Source: Phaeosaccion multiseriatum
Taxonomy: Eukaryota; Protista; Ochrophyta, other classes
Reading direction: 5' to 3'
Length of the DNA: 64,000 nt
Assembly: GCA_965112735.1 (NCBI GenBank)
Contig: OZ218955.1
Span: 558,001 to 622,000 of the forward strand
In this document: positions 1 to 12,411 of the stretch, piece by piece
How the letters are laid out: every line of letters begins with the position of its first letter
Position numbering within the stretch: position 1 is the first letter of the stretch
Notes under the pieces: model-generated
The model's input: the letters and a program-made list of their open reading frames with translations, nothing else
Database searches by the model: none
Told to the model about the DNA's origin: nothing
Translations under genes and position numbers: made by a program

Positions 1-311
1 TGGACCCAAAAGAGGGAGGGAGGGAGGGAGGGAGGGAGGGAACGAGGCTATAGCGTTTACCCCCACACCCCATACCGTACAGCTCATACCCCATAACCTA
101 CGCCCCTCCTACACTATAGCTCGCGGATAGGCGCCACGCTTGTATGTGTTTCATAGTCAATGAATCGATGCCCTTCGACAACGAAGGAAGGAAGGGGTCA
201 TCATGGTCGAGTTATCTCCCCACCTCCCCCAGGGAGTCACTCGTCCACTCACTCCGTACCGCTCTCCCTATCCCTCTCCTTGGCGCAACCCCCCCCCCCC
301 CACCCCCACAG

Positions 312-1332
312 GCAGCAACATCATCAAGCATATGGGCTGGGAGGTGGGGGCGCTAGCGACACCCGTGATGATGGCTGTGCTTGCCCTGCCTGTGTTCGCC
401 ACCGTCATTGGAGGGGCTGTGACGGCGGGAGGGGCGGCGGCGCTAAAGGTAAGGCAGGGGAGGGGAGGGGAGGGGCAGGGGAGGGGAGGGAAGAGGCATA
501 CAGGAAGGATTTTTCGAGGCGTACGAAGAGGATGTTAGAGGCATGTGCCCGTCCGCCCCTTCCCATACGCTTCTATTCTTACCCCCCCCCTTCGTTTACA
601 GATGGCGGTGATGGTCGGAGCTGCGCAGAGCATCCTCAGCAAGGCCACCAAGTACGCTCTCTTCGACCCCACCACGCAGATGGCCTATATTCCTCTAGAT
701 GAGGAGTCCAAGGTCAAGGGCAAGGCGGTGAGTCGTCTGCCCAGGGCGGTCGGGGCTGCTGTATCACCAACTGCTCCGTGTCGCACGTAGCGAGCTTTTG
801 TCGCTTCTCTTCACTTTTCACCGGGCCCACCAGAAGTCACGTTCTTCTTTCCCCCTTTCCAAACACACACGCCTACACATGGTTGTACTGGCACACACGA
901 TGACACACGGTTCTTCGCCACCCCTCCACTAATGACTCACACCCAATCTTCAATCTTCACTTGCACACACACACACGTCAGGCTATCGACGGCCTGGGCT
1001 CGCGCGTGGGCAAGTCCGGTGGCGCTCTGATTCAGCAGGGCCTCGTGCTGTGCTTCGGCGGCATCCTGCAGGCCGCCCCCGCGCTGGCGGCAATCTTCTA
1101 TGGCGTCATTGGGGCGTGGGTGGTGAGCGCCAGGAGACTCGCGGTCATGTTTCGCGCGGCCACCGAAGACGCTTCTGCTGCTTCGACCGCGGCTGCTGCC
1201 GGTAGTGGTGGTGGTGATGGTTCCTCGTTGGGGTCAGGCTTTGCCGAGCCTAGGCAGGAGGATCAGGAGCAACAGGTGACAGCTGCGGGGGGGGGGGCCT
1301 CTGGCTCCTCGGGCAGTCCTGCCACCTGCTAG
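312..1332 (+). CDS. NTT: 3' exons of a TLC-family (plastid-type) ATP/ADP nucleotide transporter; 5' part lies outside the window
   Basis: GT-AG exons 312-448, 602-727 and 982-1332 join in frame to ...[59 protein letters not shown]..., the characteristic C-terminal motif of TLC/NTT transporters. Confidence 0.9.
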
Positions 1333-1442
1333 AATAGATTAAACCCTTCGGGTAACCAGTCCTGCCACCTGCTAGAATAGATTAAACCCTTCGGGTAACC
1401 AGTCCTGCCACCTGCTAGAGTAGATTAAGCCCTTCGGGTAAC
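1314..1442. repeat. 43-bp tandem repeat x3 spanning the NTT stop codon
   Basis: cagtcctgccacctgctagaatagattaaacccttcgggtaac at 1314, 1357 and 1400; third copy has 2 substitutions. Confidence 0.95.
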
Positions 1443-1677
1443 CGAGCAGCGACCCAAAGGCGGGGCGGCTGGTGGTGTCAGCACCGACCCCCCCAGCCCT
1501 CCAGCATCCGTGGCATAGCGGTGTACTGGAGCTATTGGAAGCACTCGCTTTCTTCGCAAAAAAACCATGTACTTCGTAGTACTTCGTAGTAATTTATTTT
1601 TAGAATTAAATAGAGCCATGCATAGAGAATACACTGCACATTTTCCTTCGAGTATTGTCTTGTTTGAGGCAGTGGCA

Positions 1678-3413
1678 TGAGTGGGCGTGCGATGGGTATA
1701 AGCAGGTGCCCGATGTAGACAGAAGGCACGCGCTGCCAGCAGATGGTGAGGGCGAGCAGGGCTTGGAAGGGGGCTTTCACCCGAGCAGGCAGCCCAGTAG
1801 GTGATTCACCAGGGCACACATACAGCGCTCTTAATCAACCCACCAAGGAAAATTTACGAATATACGTACGATTGAAGTGCGTGAGTTGTGTGTCCAATCT
1901 GTGACCCCAGGTCGTGTCCGCAACGGGAGGAGAGAAAAAAAGAAAAAATGAACAATTATAATTGCTTTCTCCTCGTTCTCTCTTTCCACCTCTTCCCCCT
2001 GCTCACCGCGGGGTTCTCCATCGTCTCGACGTGTCCCCCCTGCGCCTCCAGCGCCTGTGAATGGAGCAGAGGAAGCACCTTGAGGAGCGGAACCGCGCTT
2101 ATCATCTGTCGAGCGGAGGCGAAGGGAGCGAAGGGGGGCGATGATGAGAGCGACGATACGAACGTGGACCATGATGAGAGCGCTGGAAAAGTAAGTATTT
2201 TCTCTCGCTCTCGAATGGTTGAAACGATACTGAAGTATTTAGCGCCTCGCTCTCCGTACTCCTTCCCCTTCAGCTCGGTCGCCTCTACCACTTCCTCCAT
2301 CCTGGAGGGAAGAAAGCGCTTCCGCCCTCGCCGAAGAAGCTCTACGTGCCGCGATCCTCCCTCCAACCAAAGTCTTGGGCCTCCTGGCAACAGCAGCAAC
2401 AGCAGCAGCAACAGCCCAAAGACTACCTGAGCAGGGCGCGAGAGGCCCGGGAGAGGGTATTTCGTGTGAGCGGGCTGCAGGCCGACATCCGACGGCAGAG
2501 AGCCGCGGTGGAGCGGGCGGAGCATCAAGCGTGGGCTCTCTTCCTCAAGATCCGGGACTTTAACAAGGAGTTGGAGAGGATCAAGCACCACCCTGACGCC
2601 ACCGCGGAGGAGGGCGGTGAATACCTACGACGAGTCAAGTACCTGCAGTATATCATCGGCGAGCTGGAGGATGAGATGCGCCTCCGAGAGAGGCAGTCCC
2701 AGGTGGGCAAGTACAAAGTGAGCCTGCTTATGGAGAAGCTGCTCCGGGTCGGAGGGAGGCCTTTCGAAGACTACCTTTGACCTTCGACGTTGCTGAGCGA
2801 GCTCTCTATGGCCCCTCTGCTGGCTGACGGCGCGGGCTCGACAAGAGTCTCAACTCTAAGGTAACACATGTACGAAAGCCTCGGTAGGCACCTCAGCAAG
2901 CCTCACATCTAAGCAGTGAGTTCCATTCGATGAGAGCGATTAGAGCATGACTATAGTCGCGGCGGAAGAGAAAGGTAAGGGGGGCTCAGGCGGGAGGAGT
3001 GCGTCGCGCACGGGGTTGCGGGAAGACAGGACACGGTCGGAGTGTGGGTAGCTACCAGCCAGTGTCCGACTGTGGCGGCTGCGCTGCGGCTTTACGTATC
3101 GGAACAAGCCATCGTGAAGCCGCTCAGCAGGAGTGAAGCAACAAGGTGGTGTGATTCCTTGTGAAGTACCTGACGACGCTTGGAAGGAAGGAGGCTCTCA
3201 ATGAGCCGGGGAGTGCTGCCTGCCCATTTGGTAGGGATTGAGCGTTCGCTACGGTAGGCACGCACGCACGCACGCACACACAAGTAGTTGGCGACTAAAG
3301 CATCGATGCAATAATTGTTAAAAGAGACACGCGCATGGAAGAAGAAGCCCCTCACGGCGCGTGTGTGCGAGAGCGGGGTAGTCAACGGGGCGAGAGCGAC
3401 ACTTTTTGCGTGG
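1678..3413 (+). repeat. Left arm of ~1.73 kb inverted repeat (partner 60587-62301)
   Basis: tgagtgggcgtgcgatggg... through ...actttttgcgtgg is the near-identical reverse complement of 60587-62301; the ORF track shows mirrored 144, 211, 63 and 62 aa ORFs. Confidence 0.95.
1948..2780 (+). CDS. Two-exon ~249-aa protein with signal peptide/possible bipartite plastid-targeting sequence and C-terminal coiled coil; function unknown
   Basis: Exon 1 1948-2190 (MNNYNCFLLVLSFHLFPLLTAG-FSIV...), intron gtaagt...cccttcag 2191-2273, exon 2 2274-2780 in phase 0 with the QQQQ/coiled-coil ORF 2346-2780. Confidence 0.7.
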
Positions 3414-4025
3414 CGCTGGACTCGTACTGACTCGATGACTCTGCATGCAGTGTGTATGTGGCCATGCGTCTCCGACTCACGTTCATCTCGCTGTCCCCCT
3501 CGTGAAAGACATTGGTTAGAGCCTGAAACGTGCAGAACGACTAGAGATGGGAGCAAAAAAAAAGCCTGAGCGCCTGAGGGGATGGGAGACAGGAAAGGGG
3601 GGCTGCCTGCGCCTGGGCCATTGACATATTCTGGTATTCTGGTCCCTATGCCTCTGACGCCTCTTCGTGAAAGAATGGAAGGAAAGAGGCAGAGCGCGGC
3701 ACACTATTGAGAGAGCTCCCGCTCCCCTTCGCGTGTAGCTTTGCACGCTTCGGGGAGGAGGGGTTCGTCTTGAGTCAGGCAGGGGCCTACTTGGTTCTCC
3801 CCCGCGCGCCTCACCTAGCTAGCGCTGCTTTGGCCAAAGACGGGGAGAGGAAAGGGGCGGGCGACAGCCTACGCTATTGGAACGGCCTCTCCCTTCTTCC
3901 CTTCTAGTGCGGCGCGCCTGAGGGAGTGAGGGATCGTCTTGAGTCAGGGAGGCGCGAGCTTGATTCCCCCCTTCGCTCTCCTCCTACGTCAACTTTGGCG
4001 GGGGGGGGAGACTGTTCCTCTCGGT

Positions 4026-5704
4026 ATGGAGCGGGTGATATCCCCAGAGGTAAGAGGTAAATGCCTGTAAATTGTGGATACTTTATCTCATGATAGCACA
4101 CAGACAACGGTACAAACGAGAACGGTGCGAGCGGAGGCGGTGACTTGCGAGAATGAAGCCTCTGATCCGGGGCGGAGTATGCTGCTACACTTCGACACAG
4201 CTGATGCGAGTCGCATTGACCTCAAGCCCTTCGAATGGGATCCCTCTTCTCCACTGCTTCCGAACCCCCCCCCCCCCCCTTTTTACATCAGGCGCGGCGC
4301 CTCTCCCAGGCTCTCCAGAGAAATGAGAACTTCTCAACAGTGAGAGCGCTGGTTAGGAAGCTCGTCGCGAAGCACGGCAAAGCGAGCTTAGATCATCCTA
4401 TTGACGAGGACGGTGGGACGGCTATGATTTGGGCTGCGGGAGAGGACCGGCGGGATGTCGTGGACCTCCTGCTGCAGGAAGGGGCGTCATTCAGTATCGG
4501 GGTAGGAGCGCGGGGGAACACACCATTGACAGAAGCTTGCGTGAGCGGACACGATCACATGGTGAGGCGGCTTTTGGACGCCGGAGCCGCCGTTGACCAA
4601 CCCAATCGCGAAGGGGTGACGCCTCTGCTTATGGCTGCCCAGAATGGGCATTCCACAACTGTGCAGAAGCTCCTGTTGGCGCAGCCCGATGTCAACGCAG
4701 CCGCGACTAGGGGAGTGACTGCGATATGGATGGCCTCTCAAAATGGGCACACCTCCATCGTAGAGCAGCTCATCTCAGCCCAAGCGGACGTGAACAAAGC
4801 CGACGATGAAGGACAAACTCCACTCCTGATAGCGTCTGGACAAGGCCATGTAAGAGTGATACAGCAGCTCATCTCAGCCCAAGCGGACGTGAACAAAGCC
4901 GACGATGAAGGAACAACTCCACTCTGTATGGCTTCTAGACAAGGCCATGTAAGTGTGGTACAGCAGCTCCTCAGGGCCCACGCCGAGATCGAAAAGGCTA
5001 ACAAGCATGGCTTCACCCCGCTTTATGTAGCCTCGGAATTCGGGCATGCCTCTGTTGTGCAGCAGCTTCTCGATGAGCATGCCAGCATAAATGCAAAGAG
5101 TATGGAGGCTGTCACTCCCCTCATGGCCGCGGCTTCCAAAGGACACTTGGCTGTGGTAGAGAAGCTCTTGGCTGCAGGAGCGAACGTCGACTCTATTGGC
5201 CCCGATGGCTGGACTTCTTTTCACTGGGCCGTTCAAGAGGGACACGATGCCGTGGCAAAGCGCCTTCTTGCGGCGGGAGCAAGGGTGGATACAGTGAACA
5301 TCGATGGCGCTTCACCTCTCCACCATGCTGCGAAGAAAGGGCTCGAGGCAATCGTCGCTCGTCTCATCTCTGCCGGATCTCCCATCGATGCCACGACGTC
5401 GATGGGCGCCACCCCTCTACTTGCTGCCATCGACAGAGGCCATCACGGCATTGCCCTGCAGCTCCTCTCGGCCGATGCCTCGGTGGACAAGGCCTTCGCT
5501 GTGGCACGGCGGCTCCAACTGGGCCCAGACATTGAGCAGCGAATCAAGGACGAGGCAGCGGCCTTCTTCCGGTCCCAAAGCGCGTTGGACCTCATGCGTA
5601 GGAGCGACCCGACGTTCGGCAAGGAGAGCAGGACCTTGCCGCTTGAGAGGCCCTGGAGGGTTGGAAGCGAGACATGGGAGAGCATGGCGGAGGAGATGGG
5701 CTGA
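4026..5704 (+). CDS. Ankyrin array copy 1 (11 repeats, ~478 aa)
   Basis: Micro-exon 4026-4049 (MERVISPE) + exon 4292-5704; 33-aa G-x-T-P-L-x-x-A-x-x-x-G-H repeats. Confidence 0.88.
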
Positions 5705-7443
5705 AAGCCCTGAGCGAGGTGGGGCGTGGGTGGAGGACGTGGGAGGGGCGTTTCGAGGGACCTGAAGCCGTGTTGCCGCAGGTAGAGAGACGGGCGAGCA
5801 AGAGGGGAGGGAGAGCGAGGCGGGAGTGTGGACGTGTCGTGTAAGGGCTTAGTGGGCCACTGAGGCAAATGCGCTGTGCGAGGATGGCACCTCATGTCTG
5901 GTCGAATGACTCCAGGATAGGACGGCTGTGCCTCCAAAGCGCCGCCGCGGTAGGATAGGACAGGAGGAACGTGAATGCAACTTTGGCTGGTTGCTCTCCG
6001 CGCTTGACATGATGTCTGTGTGTCTGTGCGGTGTCGTGCCGGATGGCACTTGCAGTAGGACCGCACAGCAGGGGATATAGCCAGCTCGCTCGCTCCGAGT
6101 GGCGGTGACCTCTTCTTGTCAGGCTTTTGCACGTGTGTACTGCCAACTCAGTACGTGGGAAGAAAGTAGCGAAGCAAGGCCTGGAGAAGAGCCGCTTTGT
6201 TTTGCCTAGCCTATGGACTCGTGGCCCATGGGGGCGAGCGGCTTCGGCGACTGGCGCGAAGCAGCTCAAGTGTAGGTCGCAATAGTGCAGTATGATAAGT
6301 CTAAGAAAGGGAATGCAGCAAACCCCCGAACAAGAGATGCTCTGCTGCTGGTTGAGAAGGTGGTGGAATAGTTGCCTTTCCTACCTCTGGGCTGATAACA
6401 TCGCAAGTCCCCCGTGCCCCTACCTTTTTTTTTCTCTAATTCTCTCCTTCCTTATGCCTCTAGCCACCCCTCCCCATATCCCTCCAACTACGTAACTCAG
6501 TGTGCGCCCTTGGTCATAATATCCCTTACCTCCGCCACAAGAAGGCGGCCGAGACCTCCTCCCTCGGCCCCTTTGCTGGTGCTGCTGCAGGTGCTGCTGT
6601 ATCGCCAACTGCTGTGGCTGCTGCGAGGGCTGTGAGTAGGGCGGCGGGCCCCCCGTTTTGAAGGAGGAGTTGCGCGAGTCCGAGGAAGCAGCGGGATCTT
6701 CTCCAAAAGGGTGCGGTGACTGAAGCGACGACGAGTGCAGAGGCTCTGAAAACTGCACATGATAATTAGTATGTAAGATGAAGAGGAGAGAGAGGGGGGG
6801 GGAGGAGGAAGCAAGAAATGGGTTGCCTACGCCTGGGCCATTGACATATTCTGGGCCCCTTCCCTCTGACGCCTCTTCACTTGCAGGCGTGAAAAAAAAA
6901 AGGATTGAATTGAAGGACGGCGAGGGGCAAAGTGCGGCAAGCCGCTGAGAGAGCCCTTCTTCCTCTTTGCGTGTGGTGGTGCGCCCTTGGGGGGCGGGGG
7001 GAGGGGTTCGTCTTGAGACAGGCAGGAGCCGGCTTGATTCTCCCCCGCTCCTCACCGAGCTAGCGCTGCTTTGGCCTCCTTACATAGCGAGTAAAGAGAA
7101 GGGTCGTGATAGGAAGAGTGAGGGACCGCCCTCCTCTCTCTTCGCTTGTAGTGGGACATACCTGGGGGAGGAGGGGCTCCCTTGAGTCAGGCAGGCAGCG
7201 GCCTGCTTGGTTGGTTCCCCCCGGTCCTGACCCAGCTCCAACGCTGCTTTGGCCTCCTACAAGACGTAGAGGAAAGCGGCTGGCGAGAGACAACGCTATT
7301 GGAACGGCCCCTTCCTTCTTCCCTTCTAGTGGGGCGCGCCTGAGGGAGTGGGGAATCGTCTTGAGTCAGGGAGACGCCGGCTTGATTCCCCCCTTTCGCT
7401 GTCCTCCTACTTCAACTTTGGGGGGAAGGAGAGATTTCTCATC

Positions 7444-9026
7444 ATGGAGCCGGTGATATCCCCCGAGGTATGAGCAGAGTGTATATAAATGGTGGATGTT
7501 TTAGCTCATGACAGCACAGAGACGGCGGTACAAAAAGGACGGTGCGAGCGGAGGAGGTGACTCGCGAGAATGAAGCCTCTGATCCGGGGCGGAGTACGCT
7601 GCTACACTTCGACACAGCTGATACGAGTCGCATTGACCTCAAGCCCTTCGAATTGTATCCCTCTTCTCCACTGCTTTTGACCCCCCCCCCCTTTTACCTC
7701 AGGCGTGGCGCCTCTTCCACGCTCTCCAGAGAAATGAGAACTTCTCAACAGTGAGGGCGCTGGTTACGAAGCTCGTCGCGAAGCACGGCAAAATGAGTTT
7801 AGATCATCCTATTGACAAGCACGGTAACACTGCTATGATGTGGGCGGCGGCAGACGACCGGCGGGATGTCGTGGACCTCCTGCTGCAAGAAGGGGCGTCC
7901 TTCAGTATCGGGGGAGGAGCACAGGGGAACACGCCATTGATACAAGCTAGCGCGAGAGGACACCATCACATTGTGAGGCGGCTGTTGGACGTCGGAGCCG
8001 CCATTGACCAACCCAATCCCGAACGTGCGACGCCTCTGCATGTGGCTGCCCAGAATGGGCATTCCACAACTGTGCAGAAGCTCCTGTTGGCGCAGCCCGA
8101 TATCAACGCAGCCGCGACGAGTAGGGGAGTGACTCCGATATGGATGGCCTCTCAGAATGGGCACACCTCCATCGTAGAGCAGCTCATCTCAGCCCAAGCG
8201 GACGTGAACAAAGCCGACAATAGAGGACAAACTCCACTCCGAATAGCGTCAGAAAATGGCCATTGGAGAGTGGTACAGCAGCTCCTCAGCAGGGCCCACG
8301 CCATGATGGAAAAGGCTGATGACGAAGGCCGGACTCCACTTTGTGTAGCCTCTTTCTTTGGGCATGCCTCTGTTGTGCAGCAGCTTCTCGATCACCATGC
8401 CAACATGAATGCCAAGAATGACACGGATACACCTCCACTAATGCTGGCGGCTTTCAAAGGACACTTGGCTGTGGTAGACAAGCTAGCTCGTGGCTGAAGG
8501 AGCGGACGTCGATTCTATTGGCCCCGATGGCTCGACTTCTCTTCAAGGGGCTGCTCAAGAGGGACACGAGGCTGTGACGAAGCGCCTTCTCTCTGCTGGA
8601 GCAAGGGTAGACACAGTGACCAACGATGGCGTAACAGCTCTCTTCCTTGCTGCAAGGAATGGGCACGAGGCAGTCGTCGCTCATCTCATCTCTGCCGGAT
8701 CTCCCATCGATGCCCCGCTTTCGACGGGCTTCACCCCCCTCCTTTCTGCCATCTTCAAAGGCCATCACGGCATTGCACTGCAGCTCCTTTCGGCTGATGC
8801 CTCGGTGGACAAGGCCTTGGATGTGGCACGGCGACACCAACTGGGCCCCGACATTGAGCAGCGAATCAAGGACGAGGCAGCGGCCTTCTTCCGGTCCCAA
8901 AGCGCGTTGGACCTCATGCGTAGGAGCGACCCGACGTTCGGCAAGGAGAGCGGGACCTTGCCGCTGGAGAGGCCATGGAGTGTTGGAAGCGAGACATGGG
9001 AGAACATGGCGGAGGAGATGGGCTGA
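7444..9026 (+). pseudogene. Ankyrin array copy 2 (10 repeats), frameshifted
   Basis: Micro-exon 7444-7467 + exon from 7703; 4-bp duplication (aagctagctcgtggc) near 8485 splits ORFs 7751-8497 and 8490-9026. Confidence 0.82.
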
Positions 9027-10299
9027 AAGACCTGAGCGAGGTGGGGGGTGGGTGGAGTATGTGGGAGGGGCATTTCGAGGGACCTGAAGCCGTGTTGCCG
9101 CAGGTAGAGAGACGGGCGAGCGAGAGAGAGGGAAGAGAGCGAGAGGAGGGAGTGTGGACGTGTCGTGTAGGGGCTTAGTGGCCCACTGAGGCAAATGCGC
9201 TGTGCGAGGATGGCAACTCATGTCTGGTAGAATGACTCCAGGATAGGACTGCTGTGCATCCAAAGCGCCGCCGCGGTAGGATAGGACAGGAGGATCCGGA
9301 ATGCGACTTTGGCTGGTTGCTTCTCCGTGCTTGACATGATGTCTAAGTGTCTGTGCGTTGTCGTACCAGACTGCACTTGTAGTCAGACCGCAGCAGCAGG
9401 AGATATAGCCAGCTCGCCCGCTCCGAGTGGCGGTGAGCTTTTCTCGTCAGGCTTCTGCACGTGTGTACTGCCATCTCAGTACGTGGGAAGAAAGTAGTGT
9501 AGCAAAACTTTGCTTTGTCTGGCCTACGGACTCTTGGCCCACGGGGGCGAGCGGCTTAGGCGACTGGCGCGAAGCAGCTCAAGTATAGGCGCAATAGTTC
9601 AGTATGAAAAGTCTAAGAAAGGGAATGCAGCAAGCACCGAAACAAATGATGCTCTGCTGCTGGTTGAGAAGGTGGTGGAATAGTTGCCTTTTGTACCTCT
9701 GGGCTGATAACATCGCAAGTCCCCCGTGCCCGTACCATACGCCTCTAAGTTTATCCTTCCTTATGCCTCTAGCCACCCCTCCCCAAAAATTCAACTCAGT
9801 GTGCACCCTTGATCATCGTTTCCCTTATCTCCGCCGCGAGAGGAGGGCCGAGACCTCCTCCCTCTGCCCCTTTGCTGCTGCTGCAGGTGCCGCTGTATCG
9901 CCAACTGCTGTAGCTGCGGCGAGGGCTGCGAGTAGGGCAGCAGGCCCCCCTTTTTGAAGGAGGAGTTGCGCGAGTCCGAGGAAGCAGCGGCATCTCCAAA
10001 AGGGTGCGGTGAGTGGAGGGCCTCTGAAATCTGCACACGATAATTAATATGTAGGGTGAATATGAGAGATGAGCGTAGATATGCCCCCCCCCCCCTGGGC
10101 CTGAGGAAGCAAGAAATGGGCTGCCTACGCCTGGGCCATTGACATATTCTGGGCCCCTTGCGTCTGACACCTCTTCACTTGCTGGCGTGAAAGGATTGAA
10201 TTGAAGGACGGTGAGGGGCAAAGTGCGGCAAGCCGCTGAGAGAGCCCTTCTTCCTCTTTGCGTGTGGTGGTGCGCGCTTGGGGGGGGGGGGGAGGGGGT

Positions 10300-10700
10300 T
10301 CGTCTTGAGTCAGGCAGGGGCCGGCTTGGTTCTCCCCCGCTCCTCTCTGAGCTAGCGCTGCTTTGGCCTCCTGACACAGCGAGTAAAGAGAAGGGTCGTG
10401 AGAGGAAGAGCGAGGGACCGCCCTCCTCTCTCTTCGCTTGTAGTAGAACTTCCTTGGGGAGGAGGGTTTCCTTGAGTCAGGCAGCGGCCTGCTTGGTTGG
10501 TTCCCCCCGGTCCTGACCCAGCTCCAGCGCTGTTTTGGCCTCCTACAAGACGTAGAGGAGAGCGACTGGCGAGAGACAACGCTATTGGAGGGGCCTGTTC
10601 CTTCTTCCCTTCTACTGCGGCGCGCGCCTGAGGCAGTGGGGGATCGTCTTGAGTCAGGGAGGTGCCGGCTTGATTCCCCCCTTCGCTGTCCTCCTACTTC
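10300..10700 (+). promoter_or_regulatory. Triplicated ~170-bp upstream module, each with TGAGTCA (example from unit 3)
   Basis: TGAGTCA at 10306, 10473 and 10650 in the context cttgagtcagg..gcc.gcttg.tt.cccc; repeated in the other units with some substitutions. Confidence 0.45.
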
Positions 10701-10733
10701 AACATTGGGGGCAAGGGGAGACTGTTGCCCAGT

Positions 10734-12411
10734 ATGGAGCGGGCGATATCCCCCGAGGTATGAGCTGAGTGTATATAAATGGTAGATGTTTATCTCATGA
10801 CAGCACAGAGACAGCGGTACACACAAGGACGGTACGAGCGGAGGAGGTGACTCGCGAGAATGAAGCCTCTGATCCGGGGCGGAGTACGCTGCAAAGCTTC
10901 AATCCAGCTGATGCGAGTCGCATTGATCTCAAGCCCTTCGAATGGTATCCCTCTTCTCCACTGCTTCCGAACCCCCCCCCCCCCCTTTTTTACATCAGGC
11001 GCGGCGCCTCTCCCAGGCTCTCCAGAGAAATGAGAACTTCTCAACAGTGAGAGCGCTCGTTAGGAAGCTCGTCGCGAAGCACGGCAAAGCGAGCTTAGAT
11101 CATCCTATTGACGAGGACGGTGGGACGGCTATGATTTGGGCTGCGGTAGAGGGCCGGCGGGATGTCGTGGACCTCCTGCTGCAGGAAGGGGCGTCCTTCA
11201 GTATCGGGGGAGGAGAGCCGGGGAGCACGCCATTGATTGAAGCTAGCGCGAGAGGACACGATCACATGGTGAGGCGGCTGTTGGACGTCGGAGCCGCCGT
11301 TGACCAACCCAATCCCGAAGGGATGACGCCTCTGCTTATGGCTGCCCAGAATGGGCATTCCACAACTGTGCAGAAGCTCCTGTCGGCGCAGCCCGATGTC
11401 AACGCAGCCGCGACTAGGGGAGTGACTCCGATATGGATGGCCTCTCAGAATGGGCACACCTCCATCGTAGAGCAGCTCATCTCAGCCCAAGCGGACGTGA
11501 ACAAAGCCAACGATGAAGGAAGAACTCCACTCCTGATAGCGTCTGGACAAGGCCATGGGAGAGTGGTACAGCAGCTCATCTCAACCGAAGCGGACGTGAA
11601 CAAAACCGACAATAGAGGAAGCACTCCACTCCAGAATGCGTCTGCCGAAGGCCATGTAAGAGTGGTACAGCAGCTCCTCAGGGCCCACGCCGAGATCGAG
11701 AAGGCTGATGACGGAGGCTGGACTCCACTTTTTGTAGCCTCTATGCTCGGGCGTGCCTCTGTCGTGCAGCAGCTTCTCGATGAGCATGCCAGCATAAATG
11801 CAAAGAGTGTGGAGGCTGTCACTCCCCTCATTGCGGCGGCTGGGGGCGGACACTTGGCTGTGGTAGACAAGCTCTTGGCCGCAGGAGCGGACGTCAATTC
11901 TATTGGCCCAAATGGCTGGACTTCTCTTCACGCGGCCGCTCAACTGGGACACGACGCTGTGATGAAGTGCCTTCTCTCTGCGGGAGCAAGGGTGGACACG
12001 GTGACCAACGATGGCGTAACAGCTCTCTTCCTTGCTGTAAGGAGTGGGCACGAGGCAGTCGTCGCTCATCTCATCTCTGCCGGATCTCCCATCGATGCTC
12101 CGATTTCGATGGGCTCTACCCCTCTCCTTGCTGCCATCATCAATGGCCATCACGGCATGGCACTGCAGCTCCTCTCGGCTGATGCCTCGGTGGACAAGGC
12201 CTTCGCTGAGGCACGGCGACACCAACTGGGCACAGACATTGAGCAGCGAATCAAGGACGAGGCAGCGGCCTTCTTCCGGTCCCAAAGCGCGTTGGACCTC
12301 ATGCGTAGGAGCGACCCGACGTTCGGCAAGGAGAGCAGGACCCTGCCGCTGGAGAGGCCCTGGAGTGTTGGAAGCGAGACATGGGAGAGCATGGCGGAGG
12401 AGATGGGCTGA
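10734..12411 (+). CDS. Ankyrin array copy 3 (11 repeats, ~478 aa)
   Basis: Micro-exon 10734-10757 + exon 10999-12411. Confidence 0.88.

Noticed and set aside
1314-1442. CRISPR-like array
   Set aside because: Head-to-tail repeats without unique spacers; eukaryotic context, no cas genes
4074-4343. Short ORFs ending EMRTSQQ upstream of each ankyrin ORF, and ORF-track starts such as MGSLFST/MVSLFST/MYING
   Set aside because: They lie in the predicted intron; the frame depends on variable poly-C length, and the micro-exon model fits all 13 copies
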